Shown: piece after piece, positions 1 through 12,921 of the stretch
Layout: each line of letters opens with the position of its first letter
How positions within the stretch are numbered: position 1 is the first letter of the stretch
Assembly (NCBI RefSeq): GCF_001194135.2
Contig: NC_068998.1
Span: 24,755,975-24,819,974 of the forward strand
Origin: Octopus bimaculoides
Taxonomy: Eukaryota
DNA: 64,000 nt
Reading direction: 5' to 3'
The notes under the pieces: generated by a model
What the model saw: only the letters and a program-made list of their open reading frames with translations
Told to the model about the DNA's origin: nothing
Database searches by the model: none
Translations under genes and position numbers: made by a program

Positions 1-270
1 GAGAAAGTGAAAAAGTGTGCGTGTATGTGTGCGTATGTGTATCATATTCATCTGTATATTTACATATCGCCGATTGCTTAAAACGTCAGGGATGATGGAC
101 ACCAATGAATAGATGATAAACATAAACGCTATTCTTTTGATTGTATTTGCGGGCAACTTTTCAGTTTATCGATTCTGGAAAGCACAATCTCAAAGTACTC
201 AAGTTAAATGTAGCAAGAGATTTGATCGTCACACGACGATTCCATAATCATAGGGAATCCTTGTCTCCTA

Positions 271-307
<37 letters not shown>

Positions 308-455
308 CCTCTTTTTAAACGTGTTTGTGTGCGCGTGTACATACATGTTTATGGATTTGTGTTACAATATTCCAGACGTGAAATCGTATGTTGAAACAGA
401 TATTGATATATTTCGGGATAGTCATTTCTCTTTTTTTTTTTTTGTCCAAATAAAG

Positions 456-495
<40 letters not shown>

Positions 496-1084
496 TTATA
501 TGAATGTTTAGGTGTGGGTTGCGTGCTTGCGCGCTTTGGGTGTTGTACATGTGCTTTATTTTGGCTCCTTGAGTGTGGAAGTGTATATAGCTACAGGCAA
601 TAGAACTGCTCTATGTATGCAAGACCGAAATATTTCTTGTGCCATAAGGTTTACTTCTGCTTCTACTTTTCCAAATATGGCAACCATTATTTGAACCTAC
701 TTCTCTAAAAGCATTTTACCATCGCTAAAAGAGGAATTGTACAAGGCCGGAGAATTAAGCTATTGTAACCGTGTGCTTTTGCCTACTGCAGTAAAATATA
801 TATTTTTGCGGAAAATATTAGCGATTTCATAGTATTGAAATTAAAAACTAAAGAATCTGTCTCATACTTTCAAAGTTACATCGCAAGATAATAGAAACTG
901 TGTCTTGTATATTAAGTTTAAATTTGGGTTTTCAATGCAGTTAGCATACACGCATATAATGTACATACATTCACGTCACATATAGTCTATACTCTTTTAA
1001 CGCTTAAGTGTCTTGAGCACTTTGCGTATTATAGTAGGAAACAAACCAACAATATATATACACAATATATGTGTGCGTGCGTGT

Positions 1085-1094
1085 ATGTATGTGT

Positions 1095-1178
<84 letters not shown>

Positions 1179-1255
1179 AGATAGATAGAGAGAGAGAGAG
1201 CGAGAGAGACAGAGAGTGACAGAGAAAGAGAGAGAGAGGGAGAGAGAGAGAGGGA
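1085..1255. repeat. Compound (AT)n/(AG)n microsatellite
   Basis: Directly visible; similar AT, AC, AG and TATG tracts occur at 271-306, 459-492, 18060-18235, 19958-20030, 41560-41700, 46008-46060, 55424-55503 and 56088-56166. Confidence 0.95.
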
Positions 1256-2079
1256 GATATGTACGTATATATACGCACGCAGTTATAAATATCATTAAAA
1301 CAACCTATAATAGAAACACCGTGGACTGTTGATATGACAATAGTTACAATCTAATTTTCTAGTTACATCAGAAACAATGAAAGAGAGAAATCTGTTCTAT
1401 GAGAGAAAGATATTTCTGTAGTAGGCAGCAGAATTAATGATTCGAAACAAGATCTCAATTTAAATGGTCTACTGGTTAATTTATTTCAAAAGAAGCCTAA
1501 TGTCGCTAAACAATTTTCGAATGTATTTGAAAATATCTTTAAAAAAATATTAAGAGATATAATTGCAATGAAAGTTACTATGTGTGAGTTAGTTTAGTCA
1601 AGTACTGTCGAAAAAAAAAATATATATTTAAATAATCGGTAAGCTTCCTTGAATAGATATAATAAGTTTAATTGTGGTCTTTATAGCTCTGTTTATATAT
1701 ATTAATTAAAAAAAAAACTATCTACTGATTTAAACCAGTAGATAGAATCGTCTGAATCCCTTATGTATCACCATACTAGCTAATTTTAATTAGCCTAACT
1801 GCTCCCTCTTTGGCGTGACATGAGGAGTGTTAAATCTCTAGATTAGTTTCTTTTGGACATTTGTTATTGTAAAGAAATATAAACACTAGAGGCCTTCGAA
1901 GGTATCCAATTCGATGCATACAGCTAACCATCTTTCGTGAGCGTACATGTTATTTTCACTAATTGCATTAAGTTACTATGTGGTCGTATAGAGACATAAC
2001 CCATATCCCAGCTTCTTGAAACTTAACCTTTCGATATATCCAGGATGTGACAACTCCATAAAGTTGCACCAACACCAGC

Positions 2080-2225
2080 ACCCGGGTGATATTCATTTAT
2101 AGTTGACTAAACTGTAGCAAGATGATATAAAGTGCATAACTCAAAGATGCAATGCTCCTCGAAGTCTAGAAATTTAACCAGTGACTTTATGATCAAGTTC
2201 CTAACGTACTAAACACTGACTCAAT
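2080..2225 (-). mobile_element. Degenerate SINE fragment, family C (tRNA head, CORE-like block)
   Basis: Carries agttgactaaactgtagcaagatgatataaagtgcataactcaaagatgcaatgc; shares the gtgaaataaagtgtcttg-type block with 27350-27468. Boundaries approximate. Confidence 0.4.
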
Positions 2226-3369
2226 GTCTTTATTTCTTGCGTGTATTCTAAACTATACGGCTTGAGACATGATTAAGACAAAAAATATACTGACAGTAAA
2301 GTAAGCTATTATACTACGAATGGCCTTAGGTGAAATTAGTACGCTGCTTAAAAAGATGCACACGTGATGTTTAACCCCAGTACTTTTCAGGCAATATTAT
2401 CCTGTATTTTATTTTCCAGGAATAGTATATCTACGCTTAATTTCGCAATTATGTCCTTGTTTTTTTTAAGAAACTACACATTGTAATTTGAGAAAGCTTG
2501 CACTTCTAGTTCTAGCAGGGCCTGTGGCTATGTATTCCTTATAGCGCTGTTATATCTGTCTCAGTTCTAAGCATATTTTTTGTATCAAATCCAGAACGAT
2601 TAAATTTGAGATAATTTTCAAATAAAAGCTGAGCCCTTAGACAATAGAACATGTACAACCGAACCTGTGTCTTTTTATGAGCGGCAACAAATTCAAATCT
2701 AAATTTTTAAAAAGCGATATTAAGAAAGTTGTTCTCAGGGTTCATTTTTCAGTTTCATTAACTTGTTATATCCCAGTATGTATTACATATTAATTGTAAT
2801 GCAAATATTCACTGGATAAAAAAAAAAAAGATTTTGTAAGTTGTTTTAGTTTTTTCAACTGGTTTAATAAAATTTTGCACCGCTGAATCCGAAAATGACA
2901 TCCGCTTCTCTCGATGAGGTCAGGTTTCTATGCTAAGTTGATTTTTTGAAAATCCGATCTTCTCAATAAATCGATTACATTTTTCTGACNNNNNNNNNNN
3001 NNNNNNNNNNNNNNNNNNNNNNNNNNNNNNNNNNNNNNNNNNNNNNNNNNNNNNNNNNNNNNNNNNNNNNNNNNNNNNNNGTGTGTGTCTGTCTGTGTCT
3101 GTGTATGTATGTGTGTGTGTGTGTATGTGTGTGTGTGTGTTTGCGTGATACTTTGGATATTATTCATTAAATTGATTACATTTTTCTGACATTATCGGTT
3201 GATTTTTGTAAATATTTCTCATCCGAAATAGGTTTTTACGATAAAAAATTGTTTTCTGACACAATATATTAATTAAATGTTACGAACTTCGATTACCGTA
3301 AATTGTATAGTAGACACTGATAAAGATACGTACATGAAAATTAAATGTTATGTCATCATTGTTGAAAAT

Positions 3370-4711
3370 TCAGGGCTTGAACTTGCGTTTATTACAACTC
3401 TTAGGAAGCTGAGCGGCAGGAATGTCTCTCTTCGGAGTCCAACAGTAATCTGCCATCATGACTGCATCCAAGCATACTTGATACCTGGTCTCCATTTCTT
3501 TCATGTTCTGAATTTCTTCCCCTGCTCGTTGCTTATTGATCCCAGATTCTCAGGCAACCGATCCATATGTGACTAACGCATTTTAATGCTCATGTTGCAT
3601 CCGAGATTTCTTAAGCAGTCAACATACTGGTAGCAAGTTCTGCGTAGTTCCTCGCCTTATTGTTGCCAAGAAAGTTCTTCACGACTAGAGCAAAAGCTTC
3701 CATGCTTCCAGTTCCACTTCGTTCATTGAGTTTTCAAACGCAAGCTTTCTGATGAGCTGGCAGATTAGACGACCGTCGTAGATGCCAGTTTTTTAACTTC
3801 TCAATAATCAATCCTGGAAAAGTCTGGCACAAGTAAGTGAAATAGCCACCATCCTTATCCAGAGCTTTGGTGAACTGCTTGATCATGCCGAGCTTGATAT
3901 GCAGTGGGGAGAAGAGTATTCTGTCTCTGTCCACCAGAGGGTGGTTTATGAGGTTCTTATCTCTACAAGGCACCATTTCCTCCCTCAAAGACCTTCTTGT
4001 AATGCTGAGCAGTGTCCCTACTATCCCACATGCTAAGAAAGTATGAGTACTTGGTGAACCCAGACTGTCGTCCCAACAAAATATTCACTATCTTCAGGTC
4101 AACACATATAAACCACCGATGCTGACTATAACGAATTTTCTCCAGCACATACTTTACTGCTTCATATTTCTCTGTCACTGTAGTCGAGTGAGCGAGGGGT
4201 ACAGAGGCAAACTGGTTGCCGTTGTGCAGCAGAACACATTTCAGTGATCGCTTGCCGCTGTCAATGAATAGTCTCCAATCTTTGGGTTCGTACTGTTGCC
4301 GTCCAAGCTTGTGCAGAAGATGGGCAATTTCTGTACAGTACACCAAGTCCTCTTCAGAGAAAAAGAGGAGGTACTTTTGATGCCTGTTGCGGTAGAGGAA
4401 GATGAGAGCACTGTCAGAGAGGAGGTGTTTTCCCTTTAATCCGGATACTAACACTCCGGCAGAGGACGTTGACAATCCTATATCGTGAACTAGATCATTT
4501 AACTCCTTTTTGTAAAAAAAGGATGTGCAGCATCATCGTCAAGAACTTCTTCTTCCTCATCTTCTTGAACACTGGAGGATTCTACGTCACTAGCGTCAGG
4601 AAATTCTCCGAAGACAGGTACTGGAATGTTATCACAGTGAGCTACAGGACGACGTGCTGATTGAAGATCAGGATACCTGAGGCTGCTCCTAAGTAGGTTA
4701 ACGATGCACAT
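3370..4711 (-). pseudogene. Chapaev3-like DDE transposase pseudogene (frameshifts, stops, N-terminal Zn-finger part missing)
   Basis: Collinear motifs over several frames: LRYPDLQSARRPVAH, ELNDLVHDIGLS, LFIDSGKRSLKCVLLHNGN, WFICVDLK, LSMWDSR, PLHIKLGMIKQFTKALDKDG, CNMSIKM*SHMDRLPENLG, MMADYCW, KRKFKP* (stop 3370-3372). Family name from recalled motif similarity. Confidence 0.85.
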
Positions 4712-4781
4712 AAAACAATTTGCTCAGTACAGCTTTTAGGTGAAGATCAAGCAAAATTGTAGTTAAAATATCATGTTTTAC

Positions 4782-5046
4782 ATTGTAATGCTACTATCAG
4801 TCCGAATATGCTCGAGGCACGTTCGAACCGGTGAACAAGCTACTCACTGCGTTTTGTCGCGGAAAATATATCTCGGTTGTTGACAAATGGTGTGTATGCA
4901 CCTATATCAGTTCGCAGCACCACCCACTCAGACCGTGAGATTTTAGCATTTTGGAGTAGTTATCTCCTCTTCGGTAACGGATACCAGGCAGGTTGTTCAC
5001 CAGTTCGAACGTGCCTCCAACATATTCGGGCTGATAACATTATAAT
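4782..5046. repeat. Internal inverted repeat, arms 4782-4840 and 4991-5046, 150-bp spacer
   Basis: tatcagtccgaatatgctcgaggcacgttcgaaccggtgaacaag versus the reverse complement of the right arm tatcagcccgaatatgttggaggcacgttcgaactggtgaacaac. Confidence 0.9.
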
Positions 5047-6424
5047 TTTACTTATCACTGCTTAGTGCTTCCCCCAATGTTTTACAGTTACTTAATTTTT
5101 GTGATTAAATTTTTGTCAATGCAGTTAAATACTAACTAGTTGAATAATTTCTAATTCGTTTATTATGGGGCTGGAATCTATTTGTTGACGTCTAATTTAT
5201 TCCTATTGAGTAAGACATTCTTAGGAAACTGCTATAAATCATTCATAGTTTGCTCGAAACAGACTTACTAAGTTTGTAGCTGAAGTAAACACACTCTAAT
5301 GTCACGTCTTTACATACGCTTTTGTTCTTTCGAATGAAATGTTGCCTTTGTTCATCATACATTATATTTTTACTTTCGGTTATTTATGACGTGAAGTAAT
5401 AAGTTGTCTCTTGATCCCACGTTGCCCGACAGAACTCAGGCCGCAGGATCAGCTCCTGTCATGCAGTGTGACATAAATTAAGTCAGAGAACTAATCAATA
5501 AGAACATTTTATCATAACTGGAATTTTTCTATAAACAAAGTTTGCAAAAATCTTTTCTTGTCTTAGTGAATGCCATTCTTGCAAAGTATAAAAGAAAAAT
5601 AATAAGTATTATCGGGACAAAAAAATCAAATGAAGTTGTCAGAACATTTCAATAATTCAGTATCCATGATACTTTCTGTAATCCACATCAAAGAAAAGAG
5701 TGTATATTGTGACTGCTAGTCTTTAGTATGTCACTCAGCATTATATTCAATTATATATTTATATTAAATCGTTCTGTCTCTGGAACATAAAAGACTACAG
5801 AACTGTCGTTCTAATTACGGTTTCTAACAAACAGACGTCTATTCTTATGTCCCGGTACTATCCCTCACAAATCACCATATATTTTCAATAATAGCTAATA
5901 TCATAAATATTCACAGATATTATGTTCCTATATAGGGCCTGATACAGAAGAACATTGTTCTAAACTTTAACACTTAGAAAGTGAGGCTGTCTGATCGCAC
6001 AAATAATATGACAATGGTTCTTCGTCTGATTTCGTAACTTGTAATCTTACACGACATTGGTTGTGAGGCCCATTTGAGTCTTATATTGTACATTTACATT
6101 TTAGCCACATGAAATAGGGATATCACTATAGGACTGTAAATAAAAGCATCGAGCTACGAGAGAGCGTCTACGCGGCTATGTATGCTATTAGAAATAGTAG
6201 TCACATTCCTATAAAAAAGTATGCAATTATATTAAATATATAAGGGTATACTGGGAAATCTATTGCTGATATACAAATATATGAGTTGATTAATGTTGAA
6301 TTGCCTTTAATAATTAGTCTACTCGATAATGGTTAACTTGCGGTGAACAAAGACAGCTCCAGTAACCACGTTGTAAACTTCTATAGTGCTACATTATTTC
6401 CTAATGATCCTTTCTATAATAGAT

Positions 6425-6568
6425 ACAAGGTCTGAAAATTTCGGAGAGGAAACCAGTCGATTACATCGACCGCAGTGTTTCACTGCTACTTAATTTATTG
6501 ACCCCCAAAAGGATGAGAGTGACTTCGACAGAATTTGAACTCAGAAAGTAGCGACGGGCGAAATACTT
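6425..6568 (-). mobile_element. SINE family A, partial copy
   Basis: Reverse strand shows gagttcaaattc (B-box-like), catccttttgggggtcaataaattaag and gtcgatgtaatcgact blocks shared with the other family A copies. Confidence 0.75.
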
Positions 6569-6899
6569 GCAGAAAGCAATTCCTGTAACAATAGGACACA
6601 TTTAATGTTTGAATTTTTCAGTATATGTAACAAAATGTTTTATTCATTAAAATGTTAGGATTCATGTCCATGCTGTGAGGTTTGAAATAACATCATTAAC
6701 CAATTACCAAAAATTACTATTTAGCATTCTTGAACCTAAAAAGCAGGATTTGAATTTAAGATTGTGGCATGTGTTAATGCAAATAAAAACATATATGCCA
6801 TTTATCATTAGTAATGTAATTCACGGCTCCAAACAAATTTATTATTCTGTTAGATTAGTGTGCAATTGATATTCTGTTTGTAGGGATTTAAAATATTCT

Positions 6900-7210
6900 T
6901 TAGATAATTGGTATTGAGGTTTTATTTGTGCTAACATAAAAGATATACAATTGATATGAATGACGCTAACAGAACGCGTATTATCAGTATAATAAAAAAA
7001 AGTCTACACATTTGCAGAGCCACTAAATTTACTGCAACTAAACTTGAAACCATCGATTTTCTTTAGGATGCATACCTCTATCATTCAGGCAGTTAAAGCA
7101 AACTCTCCAATTTGAGCTCAATATTAACAAATATAAGTTACCGATTGCAAACTACAAACAGATACATTTTTGAGACACAGTAAACTTGAAATGTAGAATG
7201 CATTACCAAA
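6900..7210 (+). mobile_element. Possible highly decayed CR1/L2-type LINE RT C-terminus
   Basis: Ends in tag aat gca tta cca (*NALP, TGG>TAG relative to a WNALP-type motif, 7194-7208) preceded by a ...RY.FF...-like stretch; heavily disrupted. Confidence 0.25.
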
Positions 7211-10200
7211 TAAAATGCCTATCGTCCAGAGTTCACTATAATATATGTCTGTCGTTTCAGAAGTAAGCAAGCTATTTCATGTAAAATGAAAAGCATTGTT
7301 TCGAGAGTATTAGGTCATTGTAATATGCTGAATGACGTAATCCGAATTGAGACGGTGCACTATCAGGATTGACTCTCAGACATTTCCTTATGCTTACCGA
7401 ACAATAGAGTCACACTTAGCTAAAATATTTAAAGTACATTACGAATTTTGGTTTCAGAAAAGGAAAAATAAATTTTCTCAACAGGCAAAATGTACATGCA
7501 GAATATATATTAGGTAATATTTAATGTCCTCTGATAATCTATGTAAATCTTCAGATTCATTTTATCACATGAACTATGAAATTAAAATGAATTATTTTTT
7601 ACACTTTTATAAGATAAACACGTCTTCAACTAAACGATATTTACCAATGATTAAAAGAAAAAGATTCTCTCTAGTGGATAAAACAATAAGCAGCACTACA
7701 TGGAATAAAAACAGAAGCATAACTGCATGGATTTACATAGCTTTTCCTTTCTATTTCCACATTCAATATTAGGCACAGTTTAGTAAACGAGTAAAAGAAG
7801 AACAAAGTATGTATTTTATCTATGACAGGTACTTAAAATATGTTTGGATAACAAAGGAATCGAATTTTCGAATAATGCAAATTACGTTTACCTCACTTGA
7901 AATATTTGAATTTTCAGTATAATTCATTACACGCTAGTTCTATTTTCTCTTACATTAAATGTAATATAATGCATAATTTACCTTCTTTTAGAATCAAAAG
8001 ATTCAGTATCAAATTTATTGCCAGATCGAAAATATTTTCTTCTCCTCATCTGAACGACAATCGATGAGGAGGTCAAAGAAACACATCACTGATAACAAGT
8101 TACGAGGAAGTAGTGCAATAAGAATTACATTTAGGAATAAAGGAGTTTCTTTTGAAGAAAAAAAAACAAAGAACATTTGTTGCATAGATTGTTTCCTTGA
8201 CGTGTAAGATATTCAGATATTCAAACTTCCTTTCGTTTAACACGAAACTGTTACAGAAGATTTCTGTATTTTTCAGCATTACAAGTAGCAGACCTAAGAG
8301 TAAAATTTCTTCTTTCTGATATTGTAACAAAGAAATGAAATGCATTTCAGTTGTTCAAGTGTAGAAAGGAATGCAATATCATTTATACTATGTTCTCATT
8401 TCAGGATAAAGCCAAGAAGTATTACACATCTTGCAATGTTCAATTGCATCGAGTTCCATATTTATAAATATAATCCTTTATATAGGATTCCATATGAAAT
8501 CAATGAATCAAGGCTACTAGAAACAAACAAAGATTTCCTTAAGTGTAAGATAAACTGGGTTGTACATGTTCAGTATCTTGAGGAACACTGCTGATATAAA
8601 AATAGTCGATGTTAGTATCAACAGATATCTGGAACATTTTGGTGCATTTCGAGGAAATATGACTACTAAAATTGGTATGTGGCTACTTATAGCATTTGCA
8701 ACAATGGTACTGTCAATTATATTGACTCCGCTTCTGGACTATTATTTATTATATATATGTCTGTCGTTTCAGAAGCAAGCAAGCTATTTCATGTACATAA
8801 TTAAAGGCAAAGATTACCTCTGCACATATTGAACCGAGCTTGTTAAAAGAGTACCAAATTACCATATGTTATTTCCCACAATGTTCTAATGATTCTGTTG
8901 AAAATATGGTAACTAAATCATTATAGAATGCAAAAATGCAAGACTCCACATGTAATAACTGCTACCGATTATATATGAAAGGTTTTTACGACGCAAACGT
9001 CTCGGAAATTCTACTGAATCGGCGGTTTGGATATAGTCCAACAAAATTATACGATAAGATTGGATTGATTTACTAAAGCATCAATCCGATACAAAGATAC
9101 GAAAATCAAAAACTCAACAAATCACACAAAAAAAAAAGAATTCATATTAATAAAATGTTGACTTTTGTAAATTATTATTGGTTGTCTATTTATTGTATCC
9201 ACATATATGCAAATAAGATTTGGGATGCGAATGTTTGGTATCCGATACTTGAATGCATAATTTATTCAATAAAATCCTAAGAATCCATTTGTCTGCAATT
9301 ATAGAAAATTTCAGTTCATTTAATTATATAGTTTATTTTTATTTTTAAATGAATAGCTACAACCTGTTACGCGGTGTTCATTTCCTGAAGTTTTAGTCAT
9401 ATATGAATAATTTCAATTATGCTTTCCATTACCAATATATGTTTCCTTGAGGCCATTTTATTCAAGCCGAAACTTACAACCCCGATTGTAAGTGAGAGAA
9501 ATATTTATTACCATAATACTTTTAGAGCTGAATTACATGGCGAAAGACAAATATTTTTTTTTTTAAATCTGATATGCCATTAACTCTTAAACACGATGTC
9601 ATGTCATATTTTGAGAAAATTCGTTTTGATTAAACGTAGGCACACACGTAGAAAAATAAAGCAGATTAAAAACATGTCATTCTATAAGGATGTGCCATTT
9701 GCCATTACTTTTCAGCGAACAAATTCTGCGTGTTTTTATCAATTACACATCTTAGTTGAGAGTCGAGGCTATTATTAATGTTATCACTCTGAACATCAGT
9801 TGATGAAAACGAAGCAATGAAAATTTATAATCCGTATCGATCTCGCGGTTAGTTACAAAACTATTCTAAGACATTGCTTTTAAGACAACTTTACGAATGT
9901 TTAACAAGAATTTATACTATCAAATGTATATGATAATATAAGCGAACGTGGTTAATTTCCTCTTAACAAATGCCATCAAAATAAATTTTCGTATGACTAA
10001 GCGACAGTGCATATACATATATTTAATAATCAGAAATAAGCATACAGACACAAGATCTGTCATGTAATCGCAAACTGAGACCAAAATTATGAACGTTTTG
10101 AGTAATATTATGTACGCCACATATATGTATTGGTATCTGATTGTTTGTACAATGAATCATGGAAACAATAAACGAGGGAAATATACTGAGGTGAAACTTA

Positions 10201-10560
10201 TCAGCCTCAGAATTCTGTGTTGTATTACTTGTTATTACCAACAATGTTTTATTTTTCACATCAACGCTCATATCACAGTCAAAAGATCAAAGGTATTCAA
10301 ACCATGTTAATTCCGTCTGTTTAAGAAAATGTATGAGAAAAATATCCAGTTTATCCCTTACAAATGAAAGCGTCAGTATTGAAATAAGGACCTAAGTGTC
10401 ATTTCTGTATATTAGATCGATCACACCAGCAATCTGTGTCTGACTCATTCCGTTATAAATTGAAGTGGTTTTTATTTGTAAATTTGTCTTCATTTTTTTT
10501 GTTGATTTGCAAAAGTGCATTGATGTAGCAAACTTCATTTTCAGTCAACATATAGGCACA

Positions 10561-11512
10561 GGTGTGGCTGTGTGGCAAGANNNNNNNNNNNNNNNNNNNN
10601 NNNNNNNNNNNNNNNNNNNNNNNNNNNNNNNNNNNNNNNNNNNNNNNNNNNNNNNNNNNNNNNNNNNNNNNNNNNNNNNNNNNNNNNNNNNNNNNNNNNN
10701 NNNNNNNNNNNNNNNNNNNNNNNNNNNNNNNNNNNNNNNNNNNNNNNNNNNNNNNNNNNNNNNNNNNNNNNNNNNNNNNNNNNNNNNNNNNNNNNNNNNN
10801 NNNNNNNNNNNNNNNNNNNNNNNNNNNNNNNNNNNNNNNNNNNNNNNNNNNNNNNNNNNNNNNNNNNNNNNNNNNNNNNNNNNNNNNNNNNNNNNNNNNN
10901 NNNNNNNNNNNNNNNNNNNNNNNNNNNNNNNNNNNNNNNNNNNNNNNNNNNNNNNNNNNNNNNNNNNNNNNNNNNNNNNNNNNNNNNNNNNNNNNNNNNN
11001 NNNNNNNNNNNNNNNNNNNNNNNNNNNNNNNNNNNNNNNNNNNNNNNNNNNNNNNNNNNNNNNNNNNNNNNNNNNNNNNNNNNNNNNNNNNNNNNNNNNN
11101 NNNNNNNNNNNNNNNNNNNNNNNNNNNNNNNNNNNNNNNNNNNNNNNNNNNNNNNNNNNNNNNNNNNNNNNNNNNNNNNNNNNNNNNNNNNNNNNNNNNN
11201 NNNNNNNNNNNNNNNNNNNNNNNNNNNNNNNNNNNNNNNNNNNNNNNNNNNNNNNNNNNNNNNNNNNNNNNNNNNNNNNNNNNTTATGTGTGTATCTTTG
11301 TGTTTGAGTTTGTCTCTCACCATCGCTTGACAACTGATGTTGGTGTGTTTACTTTCCCGTAACATAGTGGTTCGGCAAAAATGACCGATAAAATAAGTAC
11401 TAGCTTTACAAAGAATAAGTCCTGGGGTCAATATCCTCGACTGAAAAGAAACCTTTTAAGGCGGTGCTCCAGCATGGCCACAGTCAAATGACGGAATCAA
11501 TTAAAAGAATAC
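10561..11512 (+). mobile_element. SINE family B (internal microsatellite), interrupted by N-gap 10581-11283
   Basis: 5' ggctgtgtggcaaga before the gap; after it catcgcttgacaactgatgttggtgtgttta...ggttcggcaaaa...aaggcggtgctccagcatggccacagtcaaatgac. Confidence 0.85.
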
Positions 11513-12707
11513 AGTAGGAGTTCTCTACTTGTATTCTGTCGCGCTAGTAAAAGAATACATTTAATTCATTGATAGGGACAAAGGTATACCAAATAGTGGT
11601 CTCCCGTAGAGAGATATACATATATTCCAAAGCCAAAATATCAGGACAGCAGAAATAATATCTTTCTTAGTATCTTTCTTAGATAAAATTATACAGAATT
11701 ATTGTTGAGTTACAGAAACGCATACACACACATCCACACAGCCACACACAGAAAATACACTCACACAGGGACGACCTCCACACATGCACACACATCTGTA
11801 ATGTTAACATTAATGAAGAGAAAGTAAAGGTATTCAATACAGTAGTAAAATATAAATGATTTTAAAATACATGCCTTCATATCCTCTTGTTCGCTTCACT
11901 GGATTTCATACAGCATATAGAGCATATAATCAAGAAATATAAAAAAAATTATGAATTATACATCTACAAAATTTGATTATTACAGAATCATTTTTATTAA
12001 ATTGCAGTCTAACACGTGATTGTGCTGGATAAGTGTCTTACTTCCCTTTGATGTAGCATTTAAGTGCATTTAGTTGATTCATTTGCAGTATATATTTATC
12101 CAAGATAGACATTACTATGCTGCTTTACTCAAGGTTTTAAAGTGCTGTGCTTTAAAGGATTAGGGCACTAAATATGATATTAAATGGGCAATTATTAACA
12201 GCACTTCATCGTATGATATTGGGAACTCGAAGTGTAATCTATGCTTGGGAGTAATATTTTATATCTTTACCTCTAATTACAGGTTTTAAATAACGGAATT
12301 GGATTTGCTCTAAAATTTGCACATTTATTTAGAAAAGTACTTAAATACTTTTCAAAGAAGGACATTTAACTGAATATCTCGTAGATAGAAGTGCACCGAA
12401 CCAAATCAAATAATCGCAAATTTTATCCAGTTAGAATTTAACAATCTCTTAATGAACATGAAAATAATAATTCTTTTGTGAATTAGTACAAATATGATTA
12501 AAATTTCGACTCACTTAACTGCTCTCAATCAACACTACACTGCTAATATCTAGAAAAGTGTAAAACTCGATTGCTATAGTCAGGTCTAAGTACCCACTTT
12601 AAAATGATATTCATTTCCTCTTTATTTCTCCTTTCCTTCAATTCCTTTTAAATGTGTGCATAAAACGTATATGGAATCATTTTATCTTCATTATTTTTGG
12701 TTAATAC

Positions 12708-12921
12708 GTCGGCGAGCTGGCAAAAGCGTTAGCACGCTTGGCGAAATGCTTAGCGTATTTAGTCTGTCTTTACCTTCTGAGTTCAAATTCCGCCACGCTC
12801 GACTTTGCCTTTCATTCTTTCGGGGTCGATAAATTGAGTACCAGTTGCATACTGAGGTCGATCTAACCTACTGGTCTTCTCCCCCAAAATTGCGGGCTTT
12901 GTGCCTAGAGTAGAAAAGATT
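12708..12921 (+). mobile_element. SINE family A, full length
   Basis: ggcgagctggcaaaagcgttagcacg head, gagttcaaattcc B-box-like motif, ctttcggggtcgataaattgagtaccag central block, ttgtgcctagagtagaaaagat tail. Confidence 0.9.

Larger units (their letters stand above)
2810..5067 (-). mobile_element. Chapaev3-like (CMC superfamily) DNA transposon remnant; termini tentative
   Basis: Contains the decayed transposase at 3370-4711. Left edge begins CACTG (2810) followed by a gctgaatccgaaaatga subterminal motif; right edge is a candidate ...cttagtg at 5067. The two ends match poorly and no TSD is seen. Confidence 0.55.

Noticed and set aside
8560-8832. 90-aa ORF with SINRY plus a hydrophobic stretch, resembling GPCR TM3-TM4
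   Set aside because: The segment before SINRY is polar, no further helices flank it, and hydrophobic ORFs arise easily in T-rich DNA.
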